The notes: generated by a model not told the origin, from the sequence alone. Positions 37,661-48,031 are shown, numbered from the stretch's first letter. The stretch is 64,000 bases of DNA from Candidatus Entotheonellaceae bacterium (GCA_965238075.1 OZ250173.1:2080001-2144000); one strand, 5' to 3'. Numbers and translations: made by a program.

Positions 37661-38995
37661 CTACAGGGCGAAGGTTTCGGCGCAGGCTTGCATAAACCGC
37701 TCGGCCGCCTCGCCGATCCGGTGCTCGACGCCGAACGAGACACGCACGAAGGGGCGTTTGGCGGCGGCGAATCCGGGGGCATAAACGACCGGCCCGGGTG
37801 TGCTGACGCGCGGCGTGCCGTTGTCCATCGTCAACTCACCGTGCGGCAGGTCGGTCGGCGGGTACATGCGGGTGCCGGCCACCAGGACGACGCCATACGC
37901 TTCATAGCAGCGCGCCACAAACTCATCCGCGCTCAGCCCGGTGCGCTCCAGCAGCCGCTCCACGTAAAGCGGCAGGTAGAAGGCGTTCGCGCTGCGACTC
38001 AGCGGCGGCACCTCGATGCCGTACTCCTCGATACCCTCCACGGCGACGCGAAACACCTCGTGGCGCCGCCGAATCTCCGTTGCCGTGGTCTCGGCCAGCG
38101 CCATGTGATGGTCCAGCAGATGCGCCGCGAAGAGCAGTTTGACGTTGCTGGTGGAGATCGACTCGGCGGCCTTGAGCATGCGCAGCGCCTCGATCAGCTC
38201 GGTATTGGTGCACAGCGCAAAACCCAGCCGGTAGCCCGGCAGCCCGAACTTCTTGGAGAAGCTGTCGATGTAGATGGTGCGGTCGGGGTCAAGGCCGCCG
38301 AGGGCCTGGATGGCCTGCGGCTCAAGGGCATGCAGGGCGTATACCATGTCGACGGCCAGAACGCAGTCGTAGGGCGCCACCGCGCGGTTGATGCGCGCCA
38401 CCTGCTCGGCGCTCAGCACGTAGCCGGTGGGATTGTGCGGCGCGTTGATCAGAACCACCCCGACCTGCGGATTCACCAGCGTCTCGATGCCCGCCACCAA
38501 CTCCTCCGCCGAGTAAGCGGTATACGCCATGACGCCGGCATGCGCCGTGACGATGGTGGGGAAATACGGGTAGCAGGGCGTCGGCACCAGCACGTATTGG
38601 CGCTCGTCTCTGGCCGACCCTAGCGGCGCCACGCAGGCCCGCACGATGCCGTTGATGGCGTTGTGACCGCCGTCGTACGGCACCACGTGCCGCTCGCTCA
38701 ACTCGGGCCGCCCGAGCAGCCCGCCAACGTGCTCGGCCATGGCTTGGTTGGCGTCTCGCTCGCCCCGCGTGCCGGCGTACATGGTGGCGCGCGATACCAG
38801 CCGTGAGTCGCCGTAAAATCTGTGTATGATGTCCTGCCAACTCGCGTCGTCAGTGATCTGTGCAATTTCGCCAATGCCGAGGTGGAAACTTCCGGGGTCG
38901 AACGAGAAGGCACGATAGTCGCCGAAGAAGCGGCGGAGGTTCAGCGTTTCGAGGTTCTCGCGGGCAAAGTTGGTGAGGAACGATCGCTGGCTCAT
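37661..38995 (-). CDS. PLP-dependent aminotransferase class I/II (divergent)
   Basis: NAPHNPTG, DMVY, SFSKKFGLPGYRLG, FVRVSF. Confidence 0.85.
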   Translation of the reverse strand: MSQRSFLTNFARENLETLNLRRFFGDYRAFSFDPGSFHLGIGEIAQITDDASWQDIIHRFYGDSRLVSRATMYAGTRGERDANQAMAEHVGGLLGRPELSERHVVPYDGGHNAINGIVRACVAPLGSARDERQYVLVPTPCYPYFPTIVTAHAGVMAYTAYSAEELVAGIETLVNPQVGVVLINAPHNPTGYVLSAEQVARINRAVAPYDCVLAVDMVYALHALEPQAIQALGGLDPDRTIYIDSFSKKFGLPGYRLGFALCTNTELIEALRMLKAAESISTSNVKLLFAAHLLDHHMALAETTATEIRRRHEVFRVAVEGIEEYGIEVPPLSRSANAFYLPLYVERLLERTGLSADEFVARCYEAYGVVLVAGTRMYPPTDLPHGELTMDNGTPRVSTPGPVVYAPGFAAAKRPFVRVSFGVEHRIGEAAERFMQACAETFAL

Positions 38996-39135
38996 GCGTC
39001 TCCCTGAGAATGGCCTCGTTGGTCCGTAATCAGCCTGTGGCTGGCAGGCTTTGATATCGCATCCCATCGTTGAGCGCGGTTATTGTAGTCAGACAGGTTG
39101 CCCGCGTGTCAACGCCATTTTGTACCGAGGACCCA

Positions 39136-40356
39136 ATGACGGCCTATGCCTGGTTCATCATGGGGCAGTCGTTCGTGACCGCCGCCCTGGTGTTCGGCGT
39201 GTGGTTTTCGTACGCCGTGTTCCTCGTTGCCCTGGTGGAGGCGTTCGACTGGAGCCGCGGCGGCGCGGCGATGGCCTTCTCGGTGGGCAGTGTCGTGCAG
39301 GCCGCGTCGTCGCCGCTCGTCGGCATGCTGACGGACCGCTGGGGTCCGCGCGTCGTGGTGGTTGGCGGCTTAGGCGCCATGGCGGTAGGCTTGGCGGCTT
39401 GCAGCCTGGTGCAGGCGTTGTGGCACTTAATCGTGCTGTTCGGCGTCATCGTCGGCTTCGGGGTCGGGCTGGCGGGGCAGGTGTCGCACGCGGCGTTGCT
39501 GTCGCGCTGGTTCGTCAAGCGCCGCGGCACGATGATTGGTTTCGCGTTCGCCGGCATGGGGCTGGGCGTCAAGGTCATGGGGCCGCTGTCGCAGGCGCTC
39601 ATGTCGCGCCTGGGCTGGCGCTATGCGTTCGTGGTCCTGGGGGGCGTTACCGCGCTGTATGCCCTCACGGTTCTGCTGACCCTGCGCAACCGGCCCGAGG
39701 ACGTTGGCTTGCGGCCCTACGGTGCTGACGGGGCGGCCGACAAGCCCGAGACCGCGACATCCGGGGAAGCGAACTGGACCGTCCGGCAAGCCCTGCGCAC
39801 GCGGCAGTTCTGGGCTTTGGGGTTGGCGCAGGTGCTCATTCCGCTGGGTGTCTTTCCGGTGTCCGTGCACCAGGTGGCCTACCTGACGGACCTGGGCTTC
39901 AGCCGCGTCCTGGCGGCGGGCGTTCTGGGATACATGGGGGTGATGAGCTCGTGCGGCCGGCTGCTCTTCGGGGCGCTCTCCGACCGGCTGGGGCGCTTCG
40001 GCGGCGTGACCCTGAGCGTGGTCTTTTCGCAGCTCGGCATCCTGGCGCTTCTGATGCTCGACGGTGCCACCGTCATGTGGCCGCTGTATCTGTATGCACT
40101 GTGTTTCGGCTTGGGATACGGCGCCCGCGGCCCCATTATCTCGGCTATCGCGGCAGACCGCTTTCCGGGTCGTTCGTTCGCCACGATCTTTGGGTTTATC
40201 AGTATCGGACACGGTCTGGGCGGCGCCCTCGGCCCCTGGTACAGCGGCGCCATGTACGACCGCCTGGGATCCTACACCCTCGCGTTTTTGCTGGCGTGCG
40301 TATCGCTGTGCGGGGTGATCGGCTGCTTTTGGGTGGCAACCCGACCCAGGGGCTAG
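39136..40356 (+). CDS. MFS transporter (OFA/MCT-like)
   Basis: About 12 TM segments; motif A GMLTDRWGPR and GALSDRLGR; RWFVKRRG. Confidence 0.92.
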   Translation: MTAYAWFIMGQSFVTAALVFGVWFSYAVFLVALVEAFDWSRGGAAMAFSVGSVVQAASSPLVGMLTDRWGPRVVVVGGLGAMAVGLAACSLVQALWHLIVLFGVIVGFGVGLAGQVSHAALLSRWFVKRRGTMIGFAFAGMGLGVKVMGPLSQALMSRLGWRYAFVVLGGVTALYALTVLLTLRNRPEDVGLRPYGADGAADKPETATSGEANWTVRQALRTRQFWALGLAQVLIPLGVFPVSVHQVAYLTDLGFSRVLAAGVLGYMGVMSSCGRLLFGALSDRLGRFGGVTLSVVFSQLGILALLMLDGATVMWPLYLYALCFGLGYGARGPIISAIAADRFPGRSFATIFGFISIGHGLGGALGPWYSGAMYDRLGSYTLAFLLACVSLCGVIGCFWVATRPRG

Positions 40357-42062
40357 AAACGGATACTCAGCTTCACACCGGCGGAGACTATTTCATCGCC
40401 GTCGGCGGGGCTGAAAACCTCGGTTCCGGCAATGAATTCGGTGTACGGATTCGGTTGGTGTACAAGACTGAAGGACAGCGTCCTGTTCCACCCGCTCTCA
40501 TCCATCTGCACGGTACCGAATACCGTCCTGGCTTTACCGCCGGCGAATTTGTCAAGGTTCAGAGCTGCATCCAATGTCATCCCCTCCGAGAGGGTGAGGG
40601 ATTGACGGGCAGTGAACCCGATAGCCGTGCCTGCTGCCGACTCGATGAGCCCGTTTTCTCTTCCTTCCGATTCCTGGTGGGAGACACGGAAGAACAGGTC
40701 GCGGTGTCCGATGTTTGCCTCGTACCCGAGCGTCTGATCGTAGTCGTACTTCTCGTCGAGTCCGAAGAAATCATTGCGGATGCCGAAGCCGGCAGATGCA
40801 AACAGCTTGCTCTGCTCGTGTTTGTACAGACCGCCCGCGTACAGACTGCCGTTCGGTTGCGCCAGTCGGAACGAAAACCCTTCCGCTACGCCCGCAGCCA
40901 CAGGGGTTCCCGTCTCGTGATACCCCGTAGACCCACTGGGGGTTGTTCTTCCGAATACCCCCGACAACGCCGTCCCCAACGTAATGGCTTCGCCGTCCGA
41001 GGCAATCGCGAAATCGGATGAAATCGCCGCCTTGCCGGGAAGCGTCACATGTTTCAGTTGCAGCGGCGCAACGGCATCAACGAATTCCCCGTTGTTTTTC
41101 ACCAACCGCCACTCGCCGCTGGCATCCAAAGTCGTCAACCGCGTGAAGTCCACCACGCCCAAGCCATTGGGGAGGGTGGGAACGTTGCGGGCTGTCGTTT
41201 TCAACATCCTGGCAAGGTCCTGGTGCGTCGTATGCGGAAATACCGCAAGCACCGAGGCCAAAGCAGCGGCCACCCGCGGTGCACCGAAGCTGGTGCCGTA
41301 CCCGACATTCGGCGTTGCATAGGGTACCCAGACACAGGCACTGGAAACCGTATCGCAACCGGACGAATCAACATGGCGGACGATTTCGCCCCTGTCGTTG
41401 ACGGCGTATCCGGCGACGTAGACGACCTTGTCGGCCTCCACTGCTCGTTCGATACCCGGGGAATTAGCGGGGCGGACAGGAAACGCGTCCGTTTTTTCGT
41501 TTCCCGCGCTATGGATGACAAGGAAATCGAGTGTATTGCCGTATTGTGCCACCATGTCACGGGGGTCAGGTCGGATGGAGAAGGACACGACCTTGATGCC
41601 CGCATTGTCAAGCTCCCGCTTGAACCAGGCATTGGCGTATCGAGAAGGGACCGGTAATCCCGCATCCTGGTAGTCGATCTCCTTGTACTCGCCGGTCTCG
41701 GGATAATTCTGGAAATACGTAAACGGACGCGCGCCGGTTTTCTCCGGATCATCACATTCCACGATGTACGACCAACACGAGGTCCGGCGGATAAGCTGTC
41801 CGTGTGCTCTGGAACCGTTGATCGAACTGTAATGATCGGTAGCAGCCCACATACCCCGCATCTCAGCGTTACTTTGAGAGATATCGGCCAGCGGGATGTT
41901 GTCAATACCGGGCAGGGTCAGGCGCCCTCTTGTTTTTGCATCGCCGGTTGAGCCATCGGGCGACGGCATCTGCGAGCCGCTACCCTTAGCGCCGCTGCTG
42001 CAGCCATTCAGCATGGAAACGGACAGGGCCAGGAGCGTCAGGACCAGGATCGTGTTGCGCAT
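40353..42062 (-). CDS. Lipoprotein S8 (subtilisin-like) serine peptidase with a C-terminal beta-barrel-like domain
   Basis: Lipobox MLNG-C. Candidate catalytic residues D (ATDHY), H (AHGQ), N (SAGN), S (GTSFGAP). Amphipathic beta strands ending ...VKLSIRF. Confidence 0.75.
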   Translation of the reverse strand: MRNTILVLTLLALSVSMLNGCSSGAKGSGSQMPSPDGSTGDAKTRGRLTLPGIDNIPLADISQSNAEMRGMWAATDHYSSINGSRAHGQLIRRTSCWSYIVECDDPEKTGARPFTYFQNYPETGEYKEIDYQDAGLPVPSRYANAWFKRELDNAGIKVVSFSIRPDPRDMVAQYGNTLDFLVIHSAGNEKTDAFPVRPANSPGIERAVEADKVVYVAGYAVNDRGEIVRHVDSSGCDTVSSACVWVPYATPNVGYGTSFGAPRVAAALASVLAVFPHTTHQDLARMLKTTARNVPTLPNGLGVVDFTRLTTLDASGEWRLVKNNGEFVDAVAPLQLKHVTLPGKAAISSDFAIASDGEAITLGTALSGVFGRTTPSGSTGYHETGTPVAAGVAEGFSFRLAQPNGSLYAGGLYKHEQSKLFASAGFGIRNDFFGLDEKYDYDQTLGYEANIGHRDLFFRVSHQESEGRENGLIESAAGTAIGFTARQSLTLSEGMTLDAALNLDKFAGGKARTVFGTVQMDESGWNRTLSFSLVHQPNPYTEFIAGTEVFSPADGDEIVSAGVKLSIRF

Positions 42063-42158
42063 GCTGATTTTCCCCATGCATTCCGCAGGCGCACGCCACC
42101 TGCAGGCCGGGCTTCCTCCTCGTGACTCGACCGCATGCCAATTATGTTAATGCGAGGT

Positions 42159-43220
42159 TTACCACGTCATTTCGTGCATGGCGTGGCGTGTCGGCGGCAT
42201 GTAATTCGTGGCGAGGTCGGCGGGGGCGTTCAGGGTGCCGGCGAAGTTGGCGTAGACGTAGCGGCGTCCGTTGACGTGCACGTGCAGGGGGATGCCGTCG
42301 CCGTGGTGCAGCTCGAGGTCGTGCGGCGCGGTGTGCAGGGCGCGCAGGAGGCGGTGCAGGTGCTGAGCGAACAGCCGCAACCGGTGGTCGGGAATCTCGT
42401 GCAGCGGCTGCTGGTCGTCTAGCGAGATGACCTCGAAGTGCCGACCGAACTTGCCGAACGGCGACCAGTGCGAGACGATGCCGTCGCCCTCATGCAGGTG
42501 AAAGCCGAAGCATCGCATCAAGTCCACACTTTCCTGCCAGACATCCGGATGGCACGCTGTGACCGCCATCTCTTGCTCCACGTCCGGGAAAATGCGGTCC
42601 GCGCCGATGGCCTGAATATGAATGTGCGGCTGCGAGGCGCCGGATTCCCGCCCCTGATGCTTGCGGACGAGCACCGACTTGACGGCCGGGTTGTCCATGG
42701 CATGCCGCACCACGTCGGCAGTCGTGCGCAGCACATGGTAGTACTGCGCCGCGGACAGCGTGCCGGACCACATGAGATCGGTCAGGTCGGCGGCGCCGGG
42801 CAGAAAATGGCGGGCGTCCTCGATGATGACGTACGACTCGTTTCTGCCGCCCGTGCACGCCTCCGGGATGCGCGGCACAATGTTGCGCACCACGCGCATG
42901 GCCCAATCCTCGCCCCGGCTGCCATCGGGCGGGGCGACGCCGGGGTGCATGTCGCCGTAGGTGACGCGCAGAACCTCTTCCATCGTCATGGCCTCGTTGC
43001 CCGGACAGAATACGCAGGCGTCCTGCACACGCCGCATGTCGGCGTGAACGTCGTAGGTCGATGGCGGTGATGGAGCGGTCGGGGCCGACTGCTGGGGGTT
43101 CGTCAGGTGGCGGTAGGCATGGGGCTTGCGGTGGATATTGTTGAAATAGGTGACGTTGCCGGTAAAGGGATTGCGTATCCACAGGACGGCGCCATCCTTC
43201 GTGCCGTATTCGATGCTCAT
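42159..43220 (-). CDS. GalT/HIT-like nucleotidyltransferase (DUF4921-like)
   Basis: CVFCPGNE, RVVRNIVP, GASQPHIHIQ (HxHxQ), LHVHVN. Confidence 0.8.
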   Translation of the reverse strand: MSIEYGTKDGAVLWIRNPFTGNVTYFNNIHRKPHAYRHLTNPQQSAPTAPSPPSTYDVHADMRRVQDACVFCPGNEAMTMEEVLRVTYGDMHPGVAPPDGSRGEDWAMRVVRNIVPRIPEACTGGRNESYVIIEDARHFLPGAADLTDLMWSGTLSAAQYYHVLRTTADVVRHAMDNPAVKSVLVRKHQGRESGASQPHIHIQAIGADRIFPDVEQEMAVTACHPDVWQESVDLMRCFGFHLHEGDGIVSHWSPFGKFGRHFEVISLDDQQPLHEIPDHRLRLFAQHLHRLLRALHTAPHDLELHHGDGIPLHVHVNGRRYVYANFAGTLNAPADLATNYMPPTRHAMHEMTW

Positions 43221-43343
43221 GCCGGTTGGTGCCCCTCGCCCTCTTGCTGGCAGGCTTGGAAATGTCGGACTGTTAGCAGCGGCGGGTACTCTACTGTAAC
43301 CGGGCGTTGAATTCAACGCGGCGCGGTTCTCGCTTGTACCAAT

Positions 43344-44312
43344 CTACAGATCAAACAAGTCGTCCATGGCGTCCGAATCGGCCGCGTCGAGGAGGCGCTG
43401 GGCAGCGTGGCGGAGTTCCTGGCGCTGGCCGAAGCTGAACGAAACTTGATACTGACGCTTTTCAAAGTAGGGCGGTGGGCGTAGCGAGATGGCGGGCGGC
43501 AGGCGCAAACGGCGGGCGGCTTCCCGGTAGCGCTGTTCGTGGGCGGTGAGCTGAGGGTAGCGCGCCTGGCGCAGGGCGTGTCGCACCGCTTCGCGTTTCT
43601 GTGGCCCGGAACGCTGCGGGTCGGCGAGCAGGGCGGGTATGCCGAGCCGCTCAAACAGCGCGGCGGCGGTGCAGGCGTCCCGTTGGCAGATTTCGTCGAT
43701 ATAAGCGGCGCACTCCTGGGCGCGATTGCTGCCGAGTTGCAGGCTGGCGAAGAGGGGCAGCATGGCTTGCCGGTCGGCGGCGTCCAGACCGCCGATCCAC
43801 AGGGCGACGTCAACGGGCAGGCCGCTTTCGACCGTTGCCGCTTGCAGGGCATCGTCCAGGGTTGCCAGGGTGCAATAGGCTTCCAGCGTATCGGCACGCG
43901 GCGGCAGGTCCAGCAGCGGGCAGAACTGTTCGGTCAGGTCGGCGTCCGGGTGCTGAAAATCGTGTCGCAGACGCCGGAGAATGCGGGCCTTTTCCACGGT
44001 ATTGAAGGGACGGCAGGCCAGATTGTCGTGCACGGCGAGCAGAAATGCCTGCTGCTCGGAGAGTTCGTCGGCCTCGTGAATCAAGGCCGGAACCCTTGCC
44101 TGCCCAGCCTGCTGGGCGGCACACAAGCGCTTGGAGCCCGCCACAAGTTGAAACGGCGCTGACTCGTTTGCCCGGCGCACGTGCAGCGGCGTCAGGACGC
44201 CCATGCGCGCGACGGAATCCAGAAGGCGTTGCATCTGTGGCCGGTAGGTGACCACGAACGTTTCGTCGTCCAAAGCGATGTCCGTCAACGGGACGTGTTC
44301 GAACTTGGGCAT
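43344..44312 (-). CDS. ParB N-terminal (ParB/Srx) domain protein
   Basis: LLDSV..MGVLTPLHV...LVAGSKRLCAA, DNLACRPFNTVEKA. No parA in the window. Confidence 0.8.
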   Translation of the reverse strand: MPKFEHVPLTDIALDDETFVVTYRPQMQRLLDSVARMGVLTPLHVRRANESAPFQLVAGSKRLCAAQQAGQARVPALIHEADELSEQQAFLLAVHDNLACRPFNTVEKARILRRLRHDFQHPDADLTEQFCPLLDLPPRADTLEAYCTLATLDDALQAATVESGLPVDVALWIGGLDAADRQAMLPLFASLQLGSNRAQECAAYIDEICQRDACTAAALFERLGIPALLADPQRSGPQKREAVRHALRQARYPQLTAHEQRYREAARRLRLPPAISLRPPPYFEKRQYQVSFSFGQRQELRHAAQRLLDAADSDAMDDLFDL

Positions 44313-44357
44313 GTCAAACCTTTCTTTCACAATCCGGCCTTGCGCCTGAAAAAACCG

Positions 44358-44388
44358 TGTCGGATGACGCTGCGCTAATCCGACCCAC
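44358..44388 (-). repeat. GTAG/GTGG-type REP-like palindrome, family 1 (provides the GT2 stop codon)
   Basis: Minus strand reads GTGGGTCGGATTAGCGCAGCGTCATCCGACA; its internal TAG is the stop at 44377-44375. Confidence 0.8.
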
Positions 44389-45220
44389 TCTCAGCGTTCA
44401 GGCGCTGCCGGTACTGCTGTTCCTTGGCGTCATAGCACGCCCAGCGGCCCGTGTGCTGCCGTTTCCTGGCTCCCTGCGCGACGATGCGGCATTTGGCGAC
44501 CAGTTGCTCAAGGACGGCCCGGCGATGCGCGGCCGGCAGGGGCATAGTCAATGCCTTCTCCAGGGCCTGGATGCGGTAGCGGTCCAGCACGGGGGTGCGG
44601 CGCGACAATTGATCGGCGTGCCCGCCGCGCTTGACGACGAGCCGTTCCGGCAGGAAGCCGACCGGAACGACGGCGGTCAGGCGTAGCCACAAGTCGTAAT
44701 CCTCGCAGGCCGGCAGGCTCTCGTCAAAGCCGCCGAGCCGATCCCACAGCGTGCGGCGCATCATGACGGCGGACGGACTGATGAGGCAGCGCGGCAGCGA
44801 CGCCAGAAACTGCCAGCCGCCCTGTTTGTGATGGATGCGCCGCTCGTTCACCCGCACCCCGCGGCGTATCCATATCTCGTCCGTGTGGCACGCCTGCGCT
44901 TCTGCACTCGCTTCAAAATAGGCGACTTGCGCAGACACCTTGCGCGGCAGCCAGAGGTCGTCGGAATCGAGGAAGGCGATCAGGTCGCCGGAGGAGGCCG
45001 CCACGCCGCGGTTGCGGGCCGCGCTGACGCCGCGGTTCTCCTGCCACAGGTATTGCACGGCCGGCCCAAAACCGCTGACGACCGCCGCGGTGCCATCGCG
45101 CGAGCCGTCGTCCACGACGATGAGCTCGATGGCCGGGTAGTCCTGCCGTAGCACCGAGGCGATCGCCTCACGCACGAAATCGGCGCGGTTGTATGTTGGA
45201 ATGACGACACTCACCCGCAT
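44375..45220 (-). CDS. Glycosyltransferase family 2
   Basis: VSVVIPTYNR, VVDDGS.DGT, GVSAARN, FLDSDD, GGFDE...CEDYDLWLR. Confidence 0.93.
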   Translation of the reverse strand: MRVSVVIPTYNRADFVREAIASVLRQDYPAIELIVVDDGSRDGTAAVVSGFGPAVQYLWQENRGVSAARNRGVAASSGDLIAFLDSDDLWLPRKVSAQVAYFEASAEAQACHTDEIWIRRGVRVNERRIHHKQGGWQFLASLPRCLISPSAVMMRRTLWDRLGGFDESLPACEDYDLWLRLTAVVPVGFLPERLVVKRGGHADQLSRRTPVLDRYRIQALEKALTMPLPAAHRRAVLEQLVAKCRIVAQGARKRQHTGRWACYDAKEQQYRQRLNAESGSD

Positions 45221-45254
45221 AGGGTTAACCCCCGCGATGAAGCCCGGAAAGCCG

Positions 45255-45283
45255 TTGACACGGCTAGGGTAGCTTATTATCCT
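45255..45283 (+). promoter_or_regulatory. Putative sigma70 promoter of the ABC transporter operon
   Basis: TTGACA-17 bp-TATCCT. Confidence 0.6.
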
Positions 45284-45347
45284 AGCCGCTCTTGTAAACA
45301 ACCCATCCGTACGATGATCACGCGACCCCAGAAAAGGAGGCGACGCC

Positions 45348-46979
45348 GTGTACAAGGGCGTGTTTCGGCTGTTCGTGGTGCTGGTGATGCAGGGCTGCAT
45401 CCTGCTGGGACTCCTTGCCTCCGCTGACGCGGCGCGCAAGAAAATCGTCAAGATCGCCTATAAGGAGCAGGAAACCCTCGACCCGCACGCCAGCATTCTC
45501 GGACAGACGCAATCCGGCGTGCGCCTGCTGTATCGCGGCCTGGCCCGCTTCGCCATCAAGGAGGTCACGGAGACGGCGCCGGACGGCACGGAGGTCGTTC
45601 GGCAGCAAGTGACCACCACGGAAGTCGAGCCGGACCTGGCAGAGAGCTGGACGGTGTCGGACGACGGCACCGTGTGGACCTTCAAGCTGCGGCAGGGCGT
45701 GCAGTTCCACAAGGGCTACGGCGAGCTGACCTCGGAGGACGTCAAATACAGCTTCGAGCGCCAGATGCGGCGCGATCGCGGCATGCGCTTCGCCAAGAAC
45801 CTCGACGTGATCCAGGACATCACCGTTGTCGATCCCTACACCGTGCGCATCACCCTCAAGCAATACGACCCCGTCTTCCCGCTGCGCATGGCCGGTTACC
45901 AGCAGGGCTACATCGTCAGCCAAAAGGCGGCGCTGGAGTTCGGCGACCAGTTCGGCTGGAATCCGGTCGGCACCGGACCATTCTATTTTCATCGTCACTT
46001 GCCGCGCGAAAAGATCATCTTCCGAGCTTTCAAGGAGTATTACGGCGGCCGCCCGCCGATCGATGAGATCCACTGGTTCGACGTGCCCGAGGACGCCACC
46101 AAGCTGATCGGCCTGGAAAAGGGCACCTTCGACATCGTGTCGCCGAATATCGTCACGGCAGACGTCAAGGAGCAGGTGGCGGCGATGGACGCGGTGCTGG
46201 ACGAGCGCGGTCCGGGTGGGCAGTTCCGGTTCTATTTCAATTACACCAAGCCGCCGTTCGACGACATCCGGGTTCGCAGGGCGTTTATGCACGCCATCGA
46301 CCGCCAGGCCATCGTCGATACGTTGTGGCCCGACGGCCTCGGCACGGTGGCTTCCAGCCCGCTGCCGCCGGGGTATTTCGGGCACCTGGCCGTGGAAATA
46401 CCGGCCTATGACCCCGAGTTGGCGCGGCAACTCTTGGCGGAGGCAGGGTACCCGGGCGGCCTCACCATCCATGATTACTTCATCACCAAGTCCTACGGTT
46501 ACCCGAAGATCATGACTATGGTGCAGGAGCAGTTGAAACGGGTCGGGGTGGACGTGCAGCTCCAGTTGATCGAGCACCCGACGTACCACCGCAACATCCG
46601 CAACAACCTGAACCCGTTCGTACTGTACGGCGGCACTCGTCTCACCGACGGCGACGTGATGCTCAGCCTGTTTTTTCACTCCGACGAGGCTCCCGACCCG
46701 GCCACCGGCAACAAGGGCACCAATTTCGCCCACTACCGCGGCATCGACGATCTGTTGGAAGAGGGGCGCCGCACCCGTGACAGCGAGCAGCGCGCCGCGC
46801 TCTACCACGAGGCGCAGCGCCGCATTATGGACGACGCGGTGTGCCTGCCCATCGCCGACATCCCCAGCCGCAGCGCCCGCAACCCGGCGCGCGTCAGCAC
46901 GCCTTTCGATCCGGAGCTCGGTGAGTATGCCCTGCATTACTTCTACAACTATCCCGAAATGCTCGCCATCGTTGAATAA
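45348..46979 (+). CDS. Dpp/Opp-type ABC transporter substrate-binding protein (family 5)
   Basis: TLDPH, PDLAESW.VSDDG..WTFKLRQGV.FH, PVGTGPF, VRRAF.HAIDR, YDPELARQLLAEAGY. Confidence 0.93.
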   Translation: MYKGVFRLFVVLVMQGCILLGLLASADAARKKIVKIAYKEQETLDPHASILGQTQSGVRLLYRGLARFAIKEVTETAPDGTEVVRQQVTTTEVEPDLAESWTVSDDGTVWTFKLRQGVQFHKGYGELTSEDVKYSFERQMRRDRGMRFAKNLDVIQDITVVDPYTVRITLKQYDPVFPLRMAGYQQGYIVSQKAALEFGDQFGWNPVGTGPFYFHRHLPREKIIFRAFKEYYGGRPPIDEIHWFDVPEDATKLIGLEKGTFDIVSPNIVTADVKEQVAAMDAVLDERGPGGQFRFYFNYTKPPFDDIRVRRAFMHAIDRQAIVDTLWPDGLGTVASSPLPPGYFGHLAVEIPAYDPELARQLLAEAGYPGGLTIHDYFITKSYGYPKIMTMVQEQLKRVGVDVQLQLIEHPTYHRNIRNNLNPFVLYGGTRLTDGDVMLSLFFHSDEAPDPATGNKGTNFAHYRGIDDLLEEGRRTRDSEQRAALYHEAQRRIMDDAVCLPIADIPSRSARNPARVSTPFDPELGEYALHYFYNYPEMLAIVE

Positions 46980-47011
46980 GACGCAGTGACACCGCTCAGG
47001 GAGAGACGCCC

Positions 47012-48016
47012 TTGCTGTCGTATGTGGTCAGGCGGCTGCTGATCGCCATCCCCATGCTTCTCGGCGCCATGAGCGTCGTCTTTTTCGCCATGCGCATCCT
47101 GCCGGGCGATCCCTGCCTCGCCATGATGGGCGACGAGGCCACCACGGAAGCCCTGGAAGACTGTGTGCGGCACCTCGGCCTGGACCGCCCGCTACTGGTG
47201 CAATACGCCGACTACATGTGGAAGTCGTTGCACTTCGATTTCGGCCGTTCCATCGTTTTTCAGTACACCGTTTCCAGCTACATTCTGGGTATGTTTCCGC
47301 ATACCCTGCTGCTGGTGCTGGCCAGCAGCTTGGTGGCCCTGGGCGTCGGGCTGCCGACGGGCATCTTTTCGGCCCTGCATCGGCAGAATCCGCTGGTGGA
47401 TTACAGCGCCCGCCTGATCGCCCTTTTAGGACTGTCCATGCCGGTGTTCTGGTTCGGCATCCTGCTGCTCATCGTGTTTTCCCTGCATCTGGACCTGTTT
47501 CCGCTGATTGGCGGCGGTGATCTGAGCACCGTGTTCGACATGATCGCCGAGGGCGAAGTCCTTGAATACCCGGAGGATTTTCTGGCCGCGGTGTTGGACG
47601 TGCTGCACCACCTGGTCCTGCCGGCACTCGCCCTGGGCCTGACCCTGGCGGCGACCGTCAGCCGCATGGCGCGCTCCGCCATGCTCGAGGTCATCAGCGC
47701 CGATTACATCCGCACGGCGCGCTCCAAGGGCCTGCACGAGCGTTTCGTGATTTACAAGCACGCGCTGCGCAACATGATGATCCCGCTGCTGACGATCATC
47801 GGCCTGTTCGTGGCCATCGCCCTGACCGGCACGGTGCTGACCGAGACGGTGTTCACACGCCCGGGGCTGGGTAAGATGCTTGTCGACGCCATTGGCGCCC
47901 GAGACTACCCGCTGGCGCAGGGCGCCATCACGGTGTTCACGATGATGATCATCCTGGTGAATCTGCTCGTCGATCTTCTTTACGCCGTGTTCGATCCCCG
48001 AATTGCGTACAAATAG
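47012..48016 (+). CDS. Dpp/Opp-type ABC permease (DppB-like)
   Basis: LPGDP, HLVLPA, EAA-like YIRTARSKGL, ETVF..PGLG, RDYP. Confidence 0.93.
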   Translation: MLSYVVRRLLIAIPMLLGAMSVVFFAMRILPGDPCLAMMGDEATTEALEDCVRHLGLDRPLLVQYADYMWKSLHFDFGRSIVFQYTVSSYILGMFPHTLLLVLASSLVALGVGLPTGIFSALHRQNPLVDYSARLIALLGLSMPVFWFGILLLIVFSLHLDLFPLIGGGDLSTVFDMIAEGEVLEYPEDFLAAVLDVLHHLVLPALALGLTLAATVSRMARSAMLEVISADYIRTARSKGLHERFVIYKHALRNMMIPLLTIIGLFVAIALTGTVLTETVFTRPGLGKMLVDAIGARDYPLAQGAITVFTMMIILVNLLVDLLYAVFDPRIAYK

Positions 48017-48031
48017 GAGAGGCGGACGGCT

